From Eledone cirrhosa (Eukaryota), in the NCBI GenBank assembly GCA_964016885.1, contig OZ024740.1:415648001-415712000 (forward strand): a stretch of DNA of 64,000 nt. The letters run 5' to 3'. Under the pieces are notes generated by a model. The model was not told the DNA's origin. It saw only the letters and a list, made by a program, of their open reading frames with translations, and did not search any database. The translations under genes and the position numbers were made by a program. Below are positions 13,801 through 29,200 of this stretch, piece after piece; within the stretch, counting starts at the first letter, position 1, and every line of letters begins with the position of its first letter.

Positions 13801-14499
13801 TGTTGTGTATGGGGGAAGACAGTGAATCAGATATAGTGTGTAAGAGAGAACACTGTGGGTATGGACATATGTTGTGTATGGGGGATGACAGTGAATCAGA
13901 TATAGTGTGTAAGAGAGAACACTGTGGGTATGGACATATGTTGTGTATGGGGGATGACAGTGAATCAGATATAGTGTGTAAGAGAGAACACTCTGGGTAT
14001 GGACATATGTTGTGTATGGGGGAAGACAGTGAATCAGATATAGTGTGTAAGAGAGAACACTGTGGGTATGGACATATGTTGCGTATGGGGGATGACAGTG
14101 AATCAGATATAGAGTGTAAGAGAGAACACTGTGGGTATGGACATATGTTGTGTATGGGGGATGACAGTGAATCAGATATAGTGTGTAAGAGAGAACACTG
14201 TGGGTATGGACATATGTTGTGTATGGGGGATGACAGTGAATCAGATATAGTGTGTAAGAGAGAACACTCTGGGTATGGACATATGTTGTGTATGGGGGAT
14301 GACAGTTAATCAGATATAGTGTGTAAGAGAGAACACTGTGGGTATGGACATATATTGTGCATGAGGGATGACAGTGAATCAGATATAGTGTGTAAGAGAG
14401 AACACTGTGGGTATGGACATATGTTGTGTATGGGGGATGACAGGGAATCAGATATAGTGTGTAAGAGAGAACACTGTGGGTATGGACATATGTTGTGTA

Positions 14500-17400
14500 T
14501 GGGGGATGACAGTGAATCAGATATAGTGTGTAAGAGAGAACACTGTGGGTATGGACATATGTTGTGTATGGGGGATGACAGTGAATCAGATATAGTGTGT
14601 AAGAGAGAACACTCTGGGTATGGACATATGTTGCATATGGGGGATGACAGTTAATCAGATATAGTGTGTAAGAGAGAACACTGTGGGTATGGACATATAT
14701 TGTGTATGGGGGATGACAGTGAATCAGATATATTGTGTAAGAGAGAACACTGTGGGTATGGACATATGTTGTGTATGGGGGATGACAGGGAATCAGATAT
14801 AGTGTGTAAGAGAGAACACTGTGGGTATGGACATATGTTGTGTATGGGGGATGACAGTGAATCAGATATAGTGTGTAAGAGAGAACACTGTGCGTATGGA
14901 CATATGTTGTGTATGGGGGATGACAGTGAATCAGATATAGAGTGTAAGAGAGAACACTGTGGGTATGGACATATGTTGTGTATGGGAGATGACAGTAAAT
15001 AAGTTATAGTGTGTAAGAGAGAACACTGAGGGTATGGACATATGTTGTCTATGGGGGATGACAGTAAATCAGATATAGTGTGTAAGAGACAACACTGTGG
15101 GTATGGACATATGTTGTGTATGGTGGTTGACAGTGAATCAGATATAGTGTGTAAGAGAGAACACTGTGGCTATGGACATATGTTGTGTAAGGTGGTTGAC
15201 AGTGAATCAGATATAGTGTGTAAGAGAGAACACTGTGGGTATGGACATATGTTGTGTATGGGGGATGACAGTCAATCAGATATAGAGTGTAAGGAGAACA
15301 CTGTGGGTATGGACATATGTTGTGTATGGGGGATGACAGTAAATCAGATATAGTGTGTAAGAGAGAACACTGTGGGTATGGACATATGTTGTGTATGGGG
15401 GATGACAGTGAATCAAATATAGTGTGTAAGAGAGAACACTGTGGGTATGGACATATGTTGTATATGGGGGACGACAGTGAATCAGATATAGTGTGTAAGA
15501 GAGAACACTGTGGGTATGGACATATGTTGTGTATGGGGGATGACAGTGAATCAAATATAGTGTGTAAGAGAGAACACTGTGGGTATGGACATATGTTGTA
15601 TATGGGGGATGACAGTGAATCAGATATAGTGTGTAAGAGAGAACACTGTGGGTATGGACATATGTTGTGTATGGGGGATGACAGTGAATCAGATATAGAG
15701 TGTAAGAGAGAACACTGTGGGTATGGACATATGTTGTGTATGGGGGATGACAGTGAATCAGATATAGTGTGTAAGAGAGAACACTGTGGGTATGGACATA
15801 TGTTGTGTATGGGGGATGACAGTGAATCAGATATAGTGTGTAAGAGAGAACACTGTGGGTATGGACATATGTTGTGTATGGGGGATGACAGTGAATCAAA
15901 TATAGTGTGTAAGAGAGAACACTGTGGGTGTGGACATATGTTGTGTATGGGGGATGACAGTGAATCAGATATAGTGTGTAAGAGAGTACACTGTGGGTAT
16001 GCACGTATGTTGTGTATGGGGGATGACAGTGGATCAAATATAGTGTGTAAGAGAGAACACTGTGGGTATGGACATATGTTGTGTATGGGGGATGACAGTG
16101 AATCAGATATAGTGTGTAAGAGAGAACACTGTGGGTATGGACATATGTTGTGTATGGTGGTTGACAGTGAATCAGATATAGTGTGTAAGAGAGAACACTG
16201 TGGGTATGGACATATGTTGTGTATGGGGATGACAGTGAATCAAATATAGTGCGTAAGACAGAACACCGTGGGTATGGACATATGTTGTGTATGGGGCATG
16301 ACAGTGAATCAAATATAGTGTGTAAGAGAGAACACTGTGGGTATGGACATATGTTGTATATGGGGGATGACAGTGAATCAGATATAGTGTGTAAGAGAGA
16401 ACACTGTTGGTATGGACATATGTTGTGTATGGGGGATGACAGTGAATCAAATATAGTGTGTAAGAGAGAACACTGTGGGTATGGACATATGTTGTATATG
16501 GGGGATGACAGTGAATCAGATAAAGTGTGTAAGAGAGAACACTGTGGGTATGGACATATGTTGTGTATGGGGGATGACAGTGAATCAGATATAGAGTGTA
16601 AGAGAGAACACTGTGGGTATGGACATATGTTGTGTATGAGGGATGACAGTGAATCAGATATAGTGTGTAAGAGAGAACACTGTGGGTATGGACATATGTT
16701 GTGTATGGGGGATGACAGTGAATCAAATATAGTGTTTAAGAGAGAACACTGTGGGTATGGACATATGTTGTGTATGGGGGATGACAGTGAATCAGATATA
16801 GTGTGTAAGAGAGTACACTGTGGGTATGGACATATGTTGTGTATGGGGGATGACAGTGGATCAAATATAGTGTGTAAGAGAGAACACTGTGGGTATGGAC
16901 ATATGTTGTGTATGGGGGATGACAGTGAATCAGATATAGTGTGTAAGAGAGAACACTGTGGGTATGGACATATGTTGTGTATGGTGGTTGACAGTGAATC
17001 AGATATAGTGTGTAAGAGAGAACACTGTGGGTATGGACATATGTTGTGTATGGGGGATGACAGTGAATCAAATATAGTGTGTAAGAGAGAACACTGTGGG
17101 TATGGACATATGTTGTGTATGGGGGATGACAGTGAATCAGATATAGTGTGTAAGAGAGAACACTGTGGGTATGGACATATGTTGTGTATGGGGGATGACA
17201 GTGAATCAGATATAGTGTGTAAGAGAGAACACTCTGGGTATGGACATATGTTGCATATGGGGGATGACAGTTAATCAGATATAGTGTGTAAGAGAGAACA
17301 CTGTGGGTATGGACATATATTGTGTATGGGGGATGACAGTGAATCAGATATATTGTGTAAGAGAGAACACTGTGGGTATGGACATATGTTGTGTATGGGG

Positions 17401-19650
17401 GATGACAGGGAATCAGATATAGTGTGTAAGAGAGAACACTGTGGGTATGGACATATGTTGTGTATGGGGGATGACAGTGAATCAGATATAGTGTGTAAGA
17501 GAGAACACTGTGGGTATGGACATATGTTGTGTATGGGAGATGACAGTAAATAAGTTATAGTGTGTAAGAGAGAACACTGAGGGTATGGACATATGTTGTC
17601 TATGGGGGATGACAGTAAATCAGATATAGTGTGTAAGAGACAACACTGTGGGTATGGACATATGTTGTGTATGGTGGTTGACAGTGAATCAGATATAGTG
17701 TGTAAGAGAGAACACTGTGGCTATGGACATATGTTGTGTAAGGTGGTTGACAGTGAATCAGATATAGTGTGTAAGAGAGAACACTGTGGGTATGGACATA
17801 TGTTGTGTATGGGGGATGACAGTCAATCAGATATAGAGTGTAAGGAGAACACTGTGGGTATGGACATATGTTGTGTATGGGGGATGACAGTAAATCAGAT
17901 ATAGTGTGTAAGAGAGAACACTGTGGGTATGGACATATGTTGTGTATGGGGGATGACAGTGAATCAAATATAGTGTGTAAGAGAGAACACTGTGGGTATG
18001 GACATATGTTGTATATGGGGGACGACAGTGAATCAGATATAGTGTGTAAGAGAGAACACTGTGGGTATGGACATATGTTGTGTATGGGGGATGACAGTGA
18101 ATCAAATATAGTGTGTAAGAGAGAACACTGTGGGTATGGACATATGTTGTATATGGGGGATGACAGTGAATCAGATATAGTGTGTAAGAGAGAACACTGT
18201 GGGTATGGACATATGTTGTGTATGGGGGATGACAGTGAATCAGATATAGAGTGTAAGAGAGAACACTGTGGGTATGGACATATGTTGTGTATGGGGGATG
18301 ACAGTGAATCAGATATAGTGTGTAAGAGAGAACACTGTGGGTATGGACATATGTTGTGTATGGGGGATGACAGTGAATCAGATATAGTGTGTAAGAGAGA
18401 ACACTGTGGGTATGGACATATGTTGTGTATGGGGGATGACAGTGAATCAAATATAGTGTGTAAGAGAGAACACTGTGGGTGTGGACATATGTTGTGTATG
18501 GGGGATGACAGTGAATCAGATATAGTGTGTAAGAGAGTACACTGTGGGTATGCACGTATGTTGTGTATGGGGGATGACAGTGGATCAAATATAGTGTGTA
18601 AGAGAGAACACTGTGGGTATGGACATATGTTGTGTATGGGGGATGACAGTGAATCAGATATAGTGTGTAAGAGAGAACACTGTGGGTATGGACATATGTT
18701 GTGTATGGTGGTTGACAGTGAATCAGATATAGTGTGTAAGAGAGAACACTGTGGGTATGGACATATGTTGTGTATGGGGATGACAGTGAATCAAATATAG
18801 TGCGTAAGACAGAACACCGTGGGTATGGACATATGTTGTGTATGGGGCATGACAGTGAATCAAATATAGTGTGTAAGAGAGAACACTGTGGGTATGGACA
18901 TATGTTGTATATGGGGGATGACAGTGAATCAGATATAGTGTGTAAGAGAGAACACTGTTGGTATGGACATATGTTGTGTATGGGGGATGACAGTGAATCA
19001 AATATAGTGTGTAAGAGAGAACACTGTGGGTATGGACATATGTTGTATATGGGGGATGACAGTGAATCAGATAAAGTGTGTAAGAGAGAACACTGTGGGT
19101 ATGGACATATGTTGTGTATGGGGGATGACAGTGAATCAGATATAGAGTGTAAGAGAGAACACTGTGGGTATGGACATATGTTGTGTATGAGGGATGACAG
19201 TGAATCAGATATAGTGTGTAAGAGAGAACACTGTGGGTATGGACATATGTTGTGTATGGGGGATGACAGTGAATCAAATATAGTGTTTAAGAGAGAACAC
19301 TGTGGGTATGGACATATGTTGTGTATGGGGGATGACAGTGAATCAGATATAGTGTGTAAGAGAGTACACTGTGGGTATGGACATATGTTGTGTATGGGGG
19401 ATGACAGTGGATCAAATATAGTGTGTAAGAGAGAACACTGTGGGTATGGACATATGTTGTGTATGGGGGATGACAGTGAATCAGATATAGTGTGTAAGAG
19501 AGAACACTGTGGGTATGGACATATGTTGTGTATGGTGGTTGACAGTGAATCAGATATAGTGTGTAAGAGAGAACACTGTGGGTATGGACATATGTTGTGT
19601 ATGGGGGATGACAGTGAATCAAATATAGTGTGTAAGAGAGAACACTGTGG
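14500..19650. repeat. Tandem duplication of a ~2.55-2.62-kb (37-38 monomer) block, itself related to ~4850-7400
   Basis: ORF starts 15042/17593, 15317/17868 and 16219/18770 are offset by 2551 (37x69-2). Starts 14664/17284 are offset by 2620, so one monomer is missing in the second copy. Confidence 0.9.
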
Positions 19651-20050
19651 GTATGGACATATGTTGTGTATGGGGGATGACAGTGAATCAAATATAGTGT
19701 TTAAGAGAGAACACTGTGGGTATGGACATATGTTGTGTATGGGGGATGACAGTGAATCAGATATAGTGTGTAAGAGAGTACACTGTGGGTATGGACATAT
19801 GTTGTGTATGGGGGATGACAGTGGATCAAATATAGTGTGTAAGAGAGAACACTGTGGGTATGGACATATGTTGTGTATGGGGGATGACAGTGAATCAGAT
19901 ATAGTGTGTAAGAGAGAACACTGTGGGTATGGACATATGTTGTGTATGGTGGTTGACAGTGAATCAGATATAGTGTGTAAGAGAGAACACTGTGGGTATG
20001 GACATATGTTGTGTATGGGGGATGACAGTGAATCAAATATAGTGTGTAAG
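19230..20050. repeat. 6-monomer (414-bp) local tandem duplication
   Basis: The series GTGTTTAAG / AGAGTACAC / GTGGATCAAA / GTGGTTGAC repeats at +414. Minus-strand ORF ends fall at 19287 and 19701. Confidence 0.85.
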
Positions 20051-21699
20051 AGAGAACACTCTGGGTATGGACATATGTTGTGTATGGGGGATGACAGTGA
20101 ATCAGATATAGTGTCTAAGAGAGAACACTGTGGGTATGGACATATGTTGTGTATGGGGGATGACAGTGAATCAGATATAGAGTGTAAGTGAGAACACTGT
20201 GGGTATGGACATATGTTGTGTATGGGGGATGACAGTGAATAAGATATAGTGTGTAAGAGAGAACACTGTGGGTATGGACATATGTTGTGTATGGGGGATG
20301 ACAGTGAATCAGATATAGTGTGTAAGAGAGAACACTGTGGGTATGGACATATGTTGTGTATGGGGGATGACAGTGAATCAGATATAGAGTGTAAGAGAGA
20401 ACACTGTGGGTATGGACATATGTTGTGTATGGGGGATGACAGTGAATCAGATATAGTGTGTAAGAGAGAACACTGTGGGTATGGACATATGTTGTGTATG
20501 GGGGATGACAGTGAATCAGATATAGTGTGTAAGAGAGAACACTGTGGGTATGGACATATGTTGTGTATGGGGGATGACAGTGAATCAAATATAGTGTGTA
20601 AGAGAGAACACTGTGGGTGTGGACATATGTTGTGTATGGGGGATGACAGTGAATCAGATATAGTGTGTAAGAGAGTACACTGTGGGTATGCACGTATGTT
20701 GTGTATGGGGGATGACAGTGGATCAAATATAGTGTGTAAGAGAGAACACTGTGGGTATGGACATATGTTGTGTATGGGGGATGACAGTGAATCAGATATA
20801 GTGTGTAAGAGAGAACACTGTGGGTATGGACATATGCTGTGTATGGTGGTTGACAGTGAATCAGATATAGTGTGTAAGAGAGAACACTGTGGGTATGGAC
20901 ATATGTTGTGTATGGGGGATGACAGTGAATCAGATATAGTGTGTAAGAGAGAACACTGTGGGTATGGACATATGTTGTGTATGGGGGATGACAGTGAATC
21001 AGATATAGTGTGTAAGAGAGAACACTGTGGGTATGGACATATGTTGTATATGGGGGATGACAGTGAATCAGATATAGTGTGTAAGAGAGAACACTGTTGG
21101 TATGGACATATGTTGTGTATGGGGGATGACAGTGAATCAAATATAGTGTGTAAGAGAGAACACTGTGGGTATGGACATATGTTGTATATGGGGGATGACA
21201 GTGAATCAGATAAAGTGTGTAAGAGAGAACACTGTGGGTATGGACATATGTTGTGTATGGGGGATGACAGTGAATCAGATATAGAGTGTAAGAGAGAACA
21301 CTGTGGGTATGGACATATGTTGTGTATGAGGGATGACAGTGAATCAGATATAGTGTGTAAGAGAGAACACTGTGGGTATGGACATATGTTGTGTATGGGG
21401 GATGACAGTGAATCAAATATAGTGTTTAAGAGAGAACACTGTGGGTATGGACATATGTTGTGTATGGGGGATGACAGTGAATCAGATATAGTGTGTAAGA
21501 GAGTACACTGTGGGTATGGACATATGTTGTGTATGGGGGATGACAGTGAATCAGATATAGTGTGTAAGAGAGAACACTGTGGGTATGGACATATGTTGTG
21601 TATGGTGGTTGACAGTGAATCAGATATAGTGTGTAAGAGAGAACACTGTGGGTATGGACATATGTTGTGTATGGGGGATGACAGTGAATCAAATATAGT

Positions 21700-22990
21700 G
21701 TGTAAGAGAGAACACTCTGGGTATGGACATATGTTGTGTATGGGGGATGACAGTGAATCAGATATAGTGTCTAAGAGAGAACACTGTGGGTATGGACATA
21801 TGTTGTGTATGGGGGATGACAGTGAATCAGATATAGAGTGTAAGTGAGAACACTGTGGGTATGGACATATGTTGTGTATGGGGGATGACAGTGAATAAGA
21901 TATAGTGTGTAAGAGAGAACACTGTGGGTATGGACATATGTTGTGTATGGGGGATGACAGTGAATCAGATATAGTGTGTAAGAGAGAACACAGTGGGTAT
22001 GGACATATGTTGTGTATGGGGGATGACAGTGAATCAGATATAGTGTGTAAGAGAGAACACTGTGGGTATGGACATATGTTGTGTATGGGGGATGACAGTG
22101 AATCAGATATAGTGTGTAAGAGAGAACACTGTGGGTATGGACATATGTTGTGTATGGGGGAAGACAGTGAATCAGATATAGAGTGTAAGAGAGAACACTG
22201 TGGTTATGGACATATGTTGTGTATGGGGGATGACAGTGAATCAGATATAGTGTGTAAGAGAGAACACTGTGGGTATGGACATATGTTGTGTGTGGGGGAT
22301 GACAGTGAATCAGATATAGTGTGTAAGAGAGAACACTGTGGGTATGGACATATGTTGTGTATGGGGGAAGACAGTGAATCTGATATAGAGTGTAAGAGAG
22401 AACACGGTGGGTATGGACATATGTTGTGTATGGGTGATGACAGTGAATCAGATATAGAGTGTAAGAGAGAACACTGTGGGTATGGACATATGTTGTGTAT
22501 GGGGGATGACAGTGAATCAGATACAGTGTGTAAGAGAGAACACTGTGGGTATGGAAATATGTTGTGTATGGGGGATGACAGTGAATCAGAAATAGTGTGT
22601 AAGAGAGAACACTGTGGGTATGGACATATGTTGTGTATGGGGGATGACAGTGAATAAGATATAGTGTGTAAGAGAGAACACTGTTGGTATGGACATATGT
22701 TGTGTATTGGGGATGACAGTAAATCAGATATAGAGTGTAAGAGAGAACACTGTGTGTATGGACATATGTTGTGTATGGGGGATGACAGTGAAAAAGATAT
22801 AGTGTGTAAGAGAGAACACTGTGGGTATGGACATATGTTGTGTATGGGGGATGACAGTGAAAAAGATATAGTGTGTAAGAGAGAACACTGTGGGTATGGA
22901 CATATGTTGTGTATGGGGGAAGACAGTGAATCAGATATAGTGTGTAAGAGAGAACAGTGTGGGTATGGATATATGTTGTGTATGGGGGAT
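21700..22990. repeat. Dispersed copy of ~10820-12110 (offset 10880)
   Basis: ORFs 11025/21905 and 11784/22664 are near-identical. Both copies carry the rare markers CACAGTGGG, TGGTTATGG, CACGGTGG and TCAGAAATAG. Confidence 0.88.
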
Positions 22991-23899
22991 GACAGTGAAT
23001 CAGATATAGTGTGTAAGAGAGAACACTGTGGGTATGGACATATGTTGTGTATGGGGATGACAGTGAATCAAATATAGTGCGTAAGACAGAACACCGTGGG
23101 TATGGACATATGTTGTGTATGGGGCATGACAGTGAATCAAATATAGTGTGTAAGAGAGAACACTGTGGGTATGGACATATGTTGTATATGGGGGATGACA
23201 GTGAATCAGATATAGTGTGTAAGAGAGAACACTGTTGGTATGGACATATGTTGTGTATGGGGGATGACAGTGAATCAAATATAGTGTGTAAGAGAGAACA
23301 CTGTGGGTATGGACATATGTTGTATATGGGGGATGACAGTGAATCAGATAAAGTGTGTAAGAGAGAACACTGTGGGTATGGACATATGTTGTGTATGGGG
23401 GATGACAGTGAATCAGATATAGAGTGTAAGAGAGAACACTGTGGGTATGGACATATGTTGTGTATGGGGGATGACAGTGAATCAAATATAGTGTTTAAGA
23501 GAGAACACTGTGGGTATGGACATATGTTGTGTATGGGGGATGACAGTGAATCAGATATAGTGTGTAAGAGAGTACACTGTGGGTATGGACATATGTTGTG
23601 TATGGGGGATGACAGTGGATCAAATATAGTGTGTAAGAGAGAACACTGTGGGTATGGACATATGTTGTGTATGGGGGATGACAGTGAATCAGATATAGTG
23701 TGTAAGAGAGAACACTGTGGGTATGGGGGATGACAGTGAATCAGATATAGTGTGTAAGAGAGAATACTGTGGGTATGGACATATGTTGTGTATGGGGGAT
23801 GACAGTAAATCAGATATAGAGTGTAAGAGAGAACACTGTGGGTATGGACATATGTTGTGTATGGGGATGACAGTGAATAAGATATAGTGTGTAAGAGAG

Positions 23900-26250
23900 A
23901 ACACTGTGGGTATGGACATATGTTGTGTATGGAGGAAGACAGTGAATCAGATATAGTGTGTAAGAGAGAACACTGTGGGTATGGACATATGTTGTGTATG
24001 GGGGATGACTGTGAATCAGATATAGTGTGTAAGAGAGAACACTGTGGGTATGGACATATGTTGTGTATGGGGGATGACAGGGAATCAGATATAGAGTGTA
24101 AGAGAGAACACTGTGGGTATGGACATATGTTGTGTATGGGGGATGACAGTGAATAACATATAGTGTGTAAGAGAGAACACTGTGGGTATGGGGGATGACA
24201 GTGAATCAGATATAGTGTGTAAGAGAGAATACTGTGGGTATGGACATATGTTGTGTATGGGGGATGACAGTAAATCAGATATAGAGTGTAAGAGAGAACA
24301 CTGTGGGTATGGACATATGTTGTGTATGGGGATGACAGTGAATAAGATATAGTGTGTAAGAGAGAACACTGTGGGGATGGACATATGTTGTGTATGGGGG
24401 ATGACAGTGAATCAGATATAGTGTGTAAGAGAGAACACTGTGGGTATGGACATATGTTGTGTATGGGGGATAACAGTGAATCAGATATAGTATGTAAGAG
24501 AGAACACTGTGGGTTTGGACATATGTTGTGTATGGGGGATGACAGTGAATCAGATATAGTGTGTAAGAGAGAAAACTGTGGGTATGGACATATGTTGTGT
24601 ATGGGGGATGACAGTGAATCAGATATAGTGTGTAAGAGAGAACACTGTGGGTATGGACATATGTTGTGTATGGGGGAAGACAGTGAATCAGATATAGTGT
24701 GTAAGAGTGAACACTGTCGGTATGGACATATGTTGTGTATGGGGGAAGACAGTGAATCATATATAGAGTGTAAGAGAGAACACTGTGGGTATGGACATAT
24801 GTTGTGTATGGGGGATGACAGTGAATCAGATATAGAGTGTAAGAGAGAACACTGTGGGTATGGACATATGTTGTGTATGGGGGATTACAGTGAATCAGAT
24901 ATTGTGTGTAAGAGAGAACACTGTGGGTATGGACATATGTTGTGTATGGGGCATGACAGTGAATCAGATATAGTATGTAAGAGAGAACACTGTGGCTATG
25001 GACATATGTTGTGTATGGGGGATGACAGTAAATCAGATATAGAGTGTAAGAGAGAACACTGTGGGTATGGACATATGTTGTGTATGGGGGATGACAGTGA
25101 ATCAGATATTGTGTGTAAGAGAGAACACTGTGGGTATGGACATATGTTGTGTATGGGGGATGAGAGTGAATCAGATATAGTATGTACGAGAGAACACTGT
25201 GGGTATGGACATATGTTGTGTATGGTGGATGACAGTAAATCAGATATTGAGTGTAAAAGAGAACACTGTGGGTATGTACATATGTTGTGTATGGGGGATG
25301 ACAGTAATTCAGATATAGAGTGTAAGAGAGAACACTGTGGGTATGGACATATGTTGTGTATGGGGGATGACAGTGAATCAGATATAGTGTGTAAGAGAGA
25401 ACACTGTGGGTATGGACATATGTTGTGTATGGGGGATGACAGTGAATCAGATATAGTGTGTAAGAGAGAACACTGTGGGTATGGACATATGTTGTGTATG
25501 GGGGATGAGAGTAAATCAGATATAGAGTGTAAGCGAGAACACTGTGGTTATGGACATATGTTGTGTATGGGGGAAGACAGTGAATCAGATATAGTGTGTA
25601 AGAGAGAACACTGTGGGTATGGACATATGTTGTGTATGGGGGATGACAGTGAATCAGATATAGTGTGTAAGAGAGAACACTGTGGGTATGGACATATGTT
25701 GTGTATGGGGGATGACAGTGAATCAGATATAGTGTGTAAGAGAGAACACTCTGGGTATGGACATATGTTGTGTATGGGGGAAGACAGTGAATCAGATATA
25801 GTGTGTAAGAGAGAACACTGTGGGTATGGACATATGTTGCGTATGGGGGATGACAGTGAATCAGATATAGAGTGTAAGAGAGAACACTGTGGGTATGGAC
25901 ATATGTTGTGTATGGGGGATGACAGTGAATCAGATATAGTGTGTAAGAGAGAACACTGTGGGTATGGACATATGTTGTGTATAGGGATGACAGTGAATCA
26001 GATATAGTGTGTAAGAGAGAACACTCTGGGTATGGACATATGTTGTGTATGGGGGATGACAGTTAATCAGATATAGTGTGTAAGAGAGAACACTGTGGGT
26101 ATGGACATATATTGTGCATGAGGGATGACAGTGAATCAGATATAGTGTGTAAGAGAGAACACTGTGGGTATGGACATATGTTGTGTATGGGGGATGACAG
26201 GGAATCAGATATAGTGTGTAAGAGAGAACACTGTGGGTATGGACATATGT
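23900..26250. repeat. Dispersed copy of ~12150-14500 (offset ~11758)
   Basis: ORFs 12594/24352 and 12327/24085 match. Both copies carry the 17-bp deletion monomer, GGGATTACAG, TATTGAGTGTAAAA and TTGCGTATG. Confidence 0.88.
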
Positions 26251-29200
26251 TGTGTATGGGGGATGACAGTGAATCAGATAGAGTGTGTAAGAGAGAACAC
26301 TGTGGGTATGGACATATGTTGTGTATGGGGGATGACAGTGAATCAGATATTGAATGTAAGAGAGAACACTGTGGGTATGGACATATGTTGTGTATGGGAG
26401 ATGACAGTAAATAAGTTATAGTGTGTAAGAGAGAACACTGAGGGTATGGACATATGTTGTGTATGGGGGATGACAGTAAATCAGATATAGTGTGTAAGAG
26501 ACAACACTGTGGGTATGGACATATGTTGTGTATGGTGGTTGACAGTGAATCAGATATAGTGTGTAAGAGAGAACACTGTGGGTATGGACATATGTTGTGT
26601 ATGGGGGATGACAGTGAATCAGATATTGTGTGTAAGAGACAACACTGTGGCTATGGACATATGTTGTGTAAGGTGGTTGACAGTGAATCAGATATAGTGT
26701 GTAAGAGAGAACACTGTGGGTATGGACATATGTTGTGTATGGGGGATGACAGTGAATCAGATATTGTGTGTAAGAGAGAACACTGTGGGTATGGACATAT
26801 GTTGTGTATGGGGGATGACAGTGTATCAGATATAGAGTGTAAGAGAGAACACTGTGGGTATGGACATATGTTGTGTATGGGGGATGACAGTGAATCAGAT
26901 ATAGTGTGTAAGAGAGAACACTGTGGGTATGGACATATGTTGTGTATGGGGGATGACAGTGAATCAGATATAGTGTGTAAGAGAGAACACTGTGGGTATG
27001 GACATATGTTGTGTATGGGGGAAGACAGTGAATCAGATATAGTGTGTAAGAGAGAACACTGTGGGTATGGACATATGTTGTGTATGGGGGATGACAGTGA
27101 ATCAGATATAGAGTGTAAGAGAGAACACTGTGGGTATGGACATATGTTGTGTATGGGGGATGACAGTGAATCAGATATAGTGTGTAAGAGAGAACACTGT
27201 GGGTATGGACATATGTTGTGTATGGGGGATGACAGTGAATCAGATATAGTGTGTAAGAGAGAACACTCTGGGTATGGACATATGTTGTGTATGGGGGATG
27301 ACAGTTAATCAGATATAGTGTGTAAGAGAGAACACTGTGGGTATGGACATATGTTGTGTATGGGGGAAGACAGTGAATCAGATATAGAGTGTAAGAGAGA
27401 ACACTGTGGGTATGTACATATGTTGTGTATGGGGGATGACAGTAATTCAGATATAGAGTGTAAGAGAGAACACTGTGGGTATGGACATATGTTGTGTATG
27501 GGGGATGACAGTGAATCAGATATAGTGTGTAAGAGAGAACACTGTGGGTATGGACATATGTTGTGTATGGGGGAAGACAGTGAATCAGATATAGTGTGTA
27601 AGAGAGAACACTCTGCGTATGGACATATATTGTGTATGAGGGATGACAGTGAATCAGATATAGTGTGTAAGAGAGAACACTGTGGGTATGGACATATGTT
27701 GTGTATGGGGGATGACAGTGAATCAGATATAGTGTGTAAGAGAGAACACTGTGGGTATGGACATATGTTGTGTATGGGGGATGACAGTTAATCAGATATA
27801 GTGTGTAAGAGAGAACACTGTGGGTATGGACATATATTGTGTATGAGGGATGACAGTGAATCAGATATAGTGTGTAAGAGAGAACACTGTGGGTATGGAC
27901 ATATGTTGTGTATGGGGGATGACAGGGAATCAGATATAGTGTGTAAGAGAGAACACTGTGGGTATGGACATATGTTGTGTATGGGGGATGACAGTGAATC
28001 AGATATAGTGTGTAAGAGAGAACACTGTGGGTATGGACATATGTTGTGTATGGGAGATGACAGTAAATAAGTTATAGTGTGTAAGAGAGAACACTGAGGG
28101 TATGGACATATGTTGTGTATGGGGGATGACAGTAAATCAGATATAGTGTGTAAGAGACAACACTGTGGGTATGGACATATGTTGTGTATGGTGGTTGACA
28201 GTGAATCAGATATAGTGTGTAAGAGAGAACACTGTGGGTATGGACATATGTTGTGTAAGGTGGTTGACAGTAAATCAGATATAGTGTGTAAGAGAGAACA
28301 CTGTGGGTATGGACATATGTTGTGTATGGGGGATGACAGTCAATCAGATATAGAGTGTAAGGAGAACACTGTGGGTATGGACATATGTTGTGTATGGGGG
28401 ATGACAGTGAATCAGATATAGTATGTAAGAGAGAACACTGTGGGTTTGGACATATGTTGTGTATGGGGCAAGACAGTGAATCAGATATAGTGTGTAAGAG
28501 TGAACACTGTCGGTATGGACATATGTTGTGTATGGGGGAAGACAGTGAATCATATATAGAGTGTAAGAGAGAACACTGTGGGTATGGACATATGTTGTGA
28601 TTGGGGGATGACAGTGAATCAGATATAGAGTGTAAGAGAGAACACTGTGGGTATGGACATATGTTGTGTATGGGGGATGACAGTGAATCAGATATTGTGT
28701 GTAAGAGAGAACACTGTGGGTATGGACATATGTTGTGTATGGGGCATGACAGTGAATCAGATATAGTATGTAAGAGAGAACACTGTGGCTATGGAAATAT
28801 GTTGTGTATGGGGGATGACAGTAAATCAGATATAGAGTGTAAGAGAGAACACTGTGGGTATGGACATATGTTGTGTATGGGGGATGACAGTGAATCAGAT
28901 ATTGTGTGTAAGAGAGAACACTGTGGGTATGGACATATGTTGTGTATGGGGGATGACAGTGAATCAGATATAGTATGTACGAGAGAACACTGTGGGTATG
29001 GACATATGTTGTGTATGGGGGATGACAGTAAATCAGATATAGAGTGTAAGAGAGAACACTGTGGGTATGGACATATGTTGTGTATGGGGGATGACAGTAA
29101 TTCAGATATAGAGTGTAAGAGAGAACACTGTGGGTATGGACATATGTTGTGTATGGGGGATGACAGTGAATCAGATATAGTGTGTAAGAGAGAACACTGT

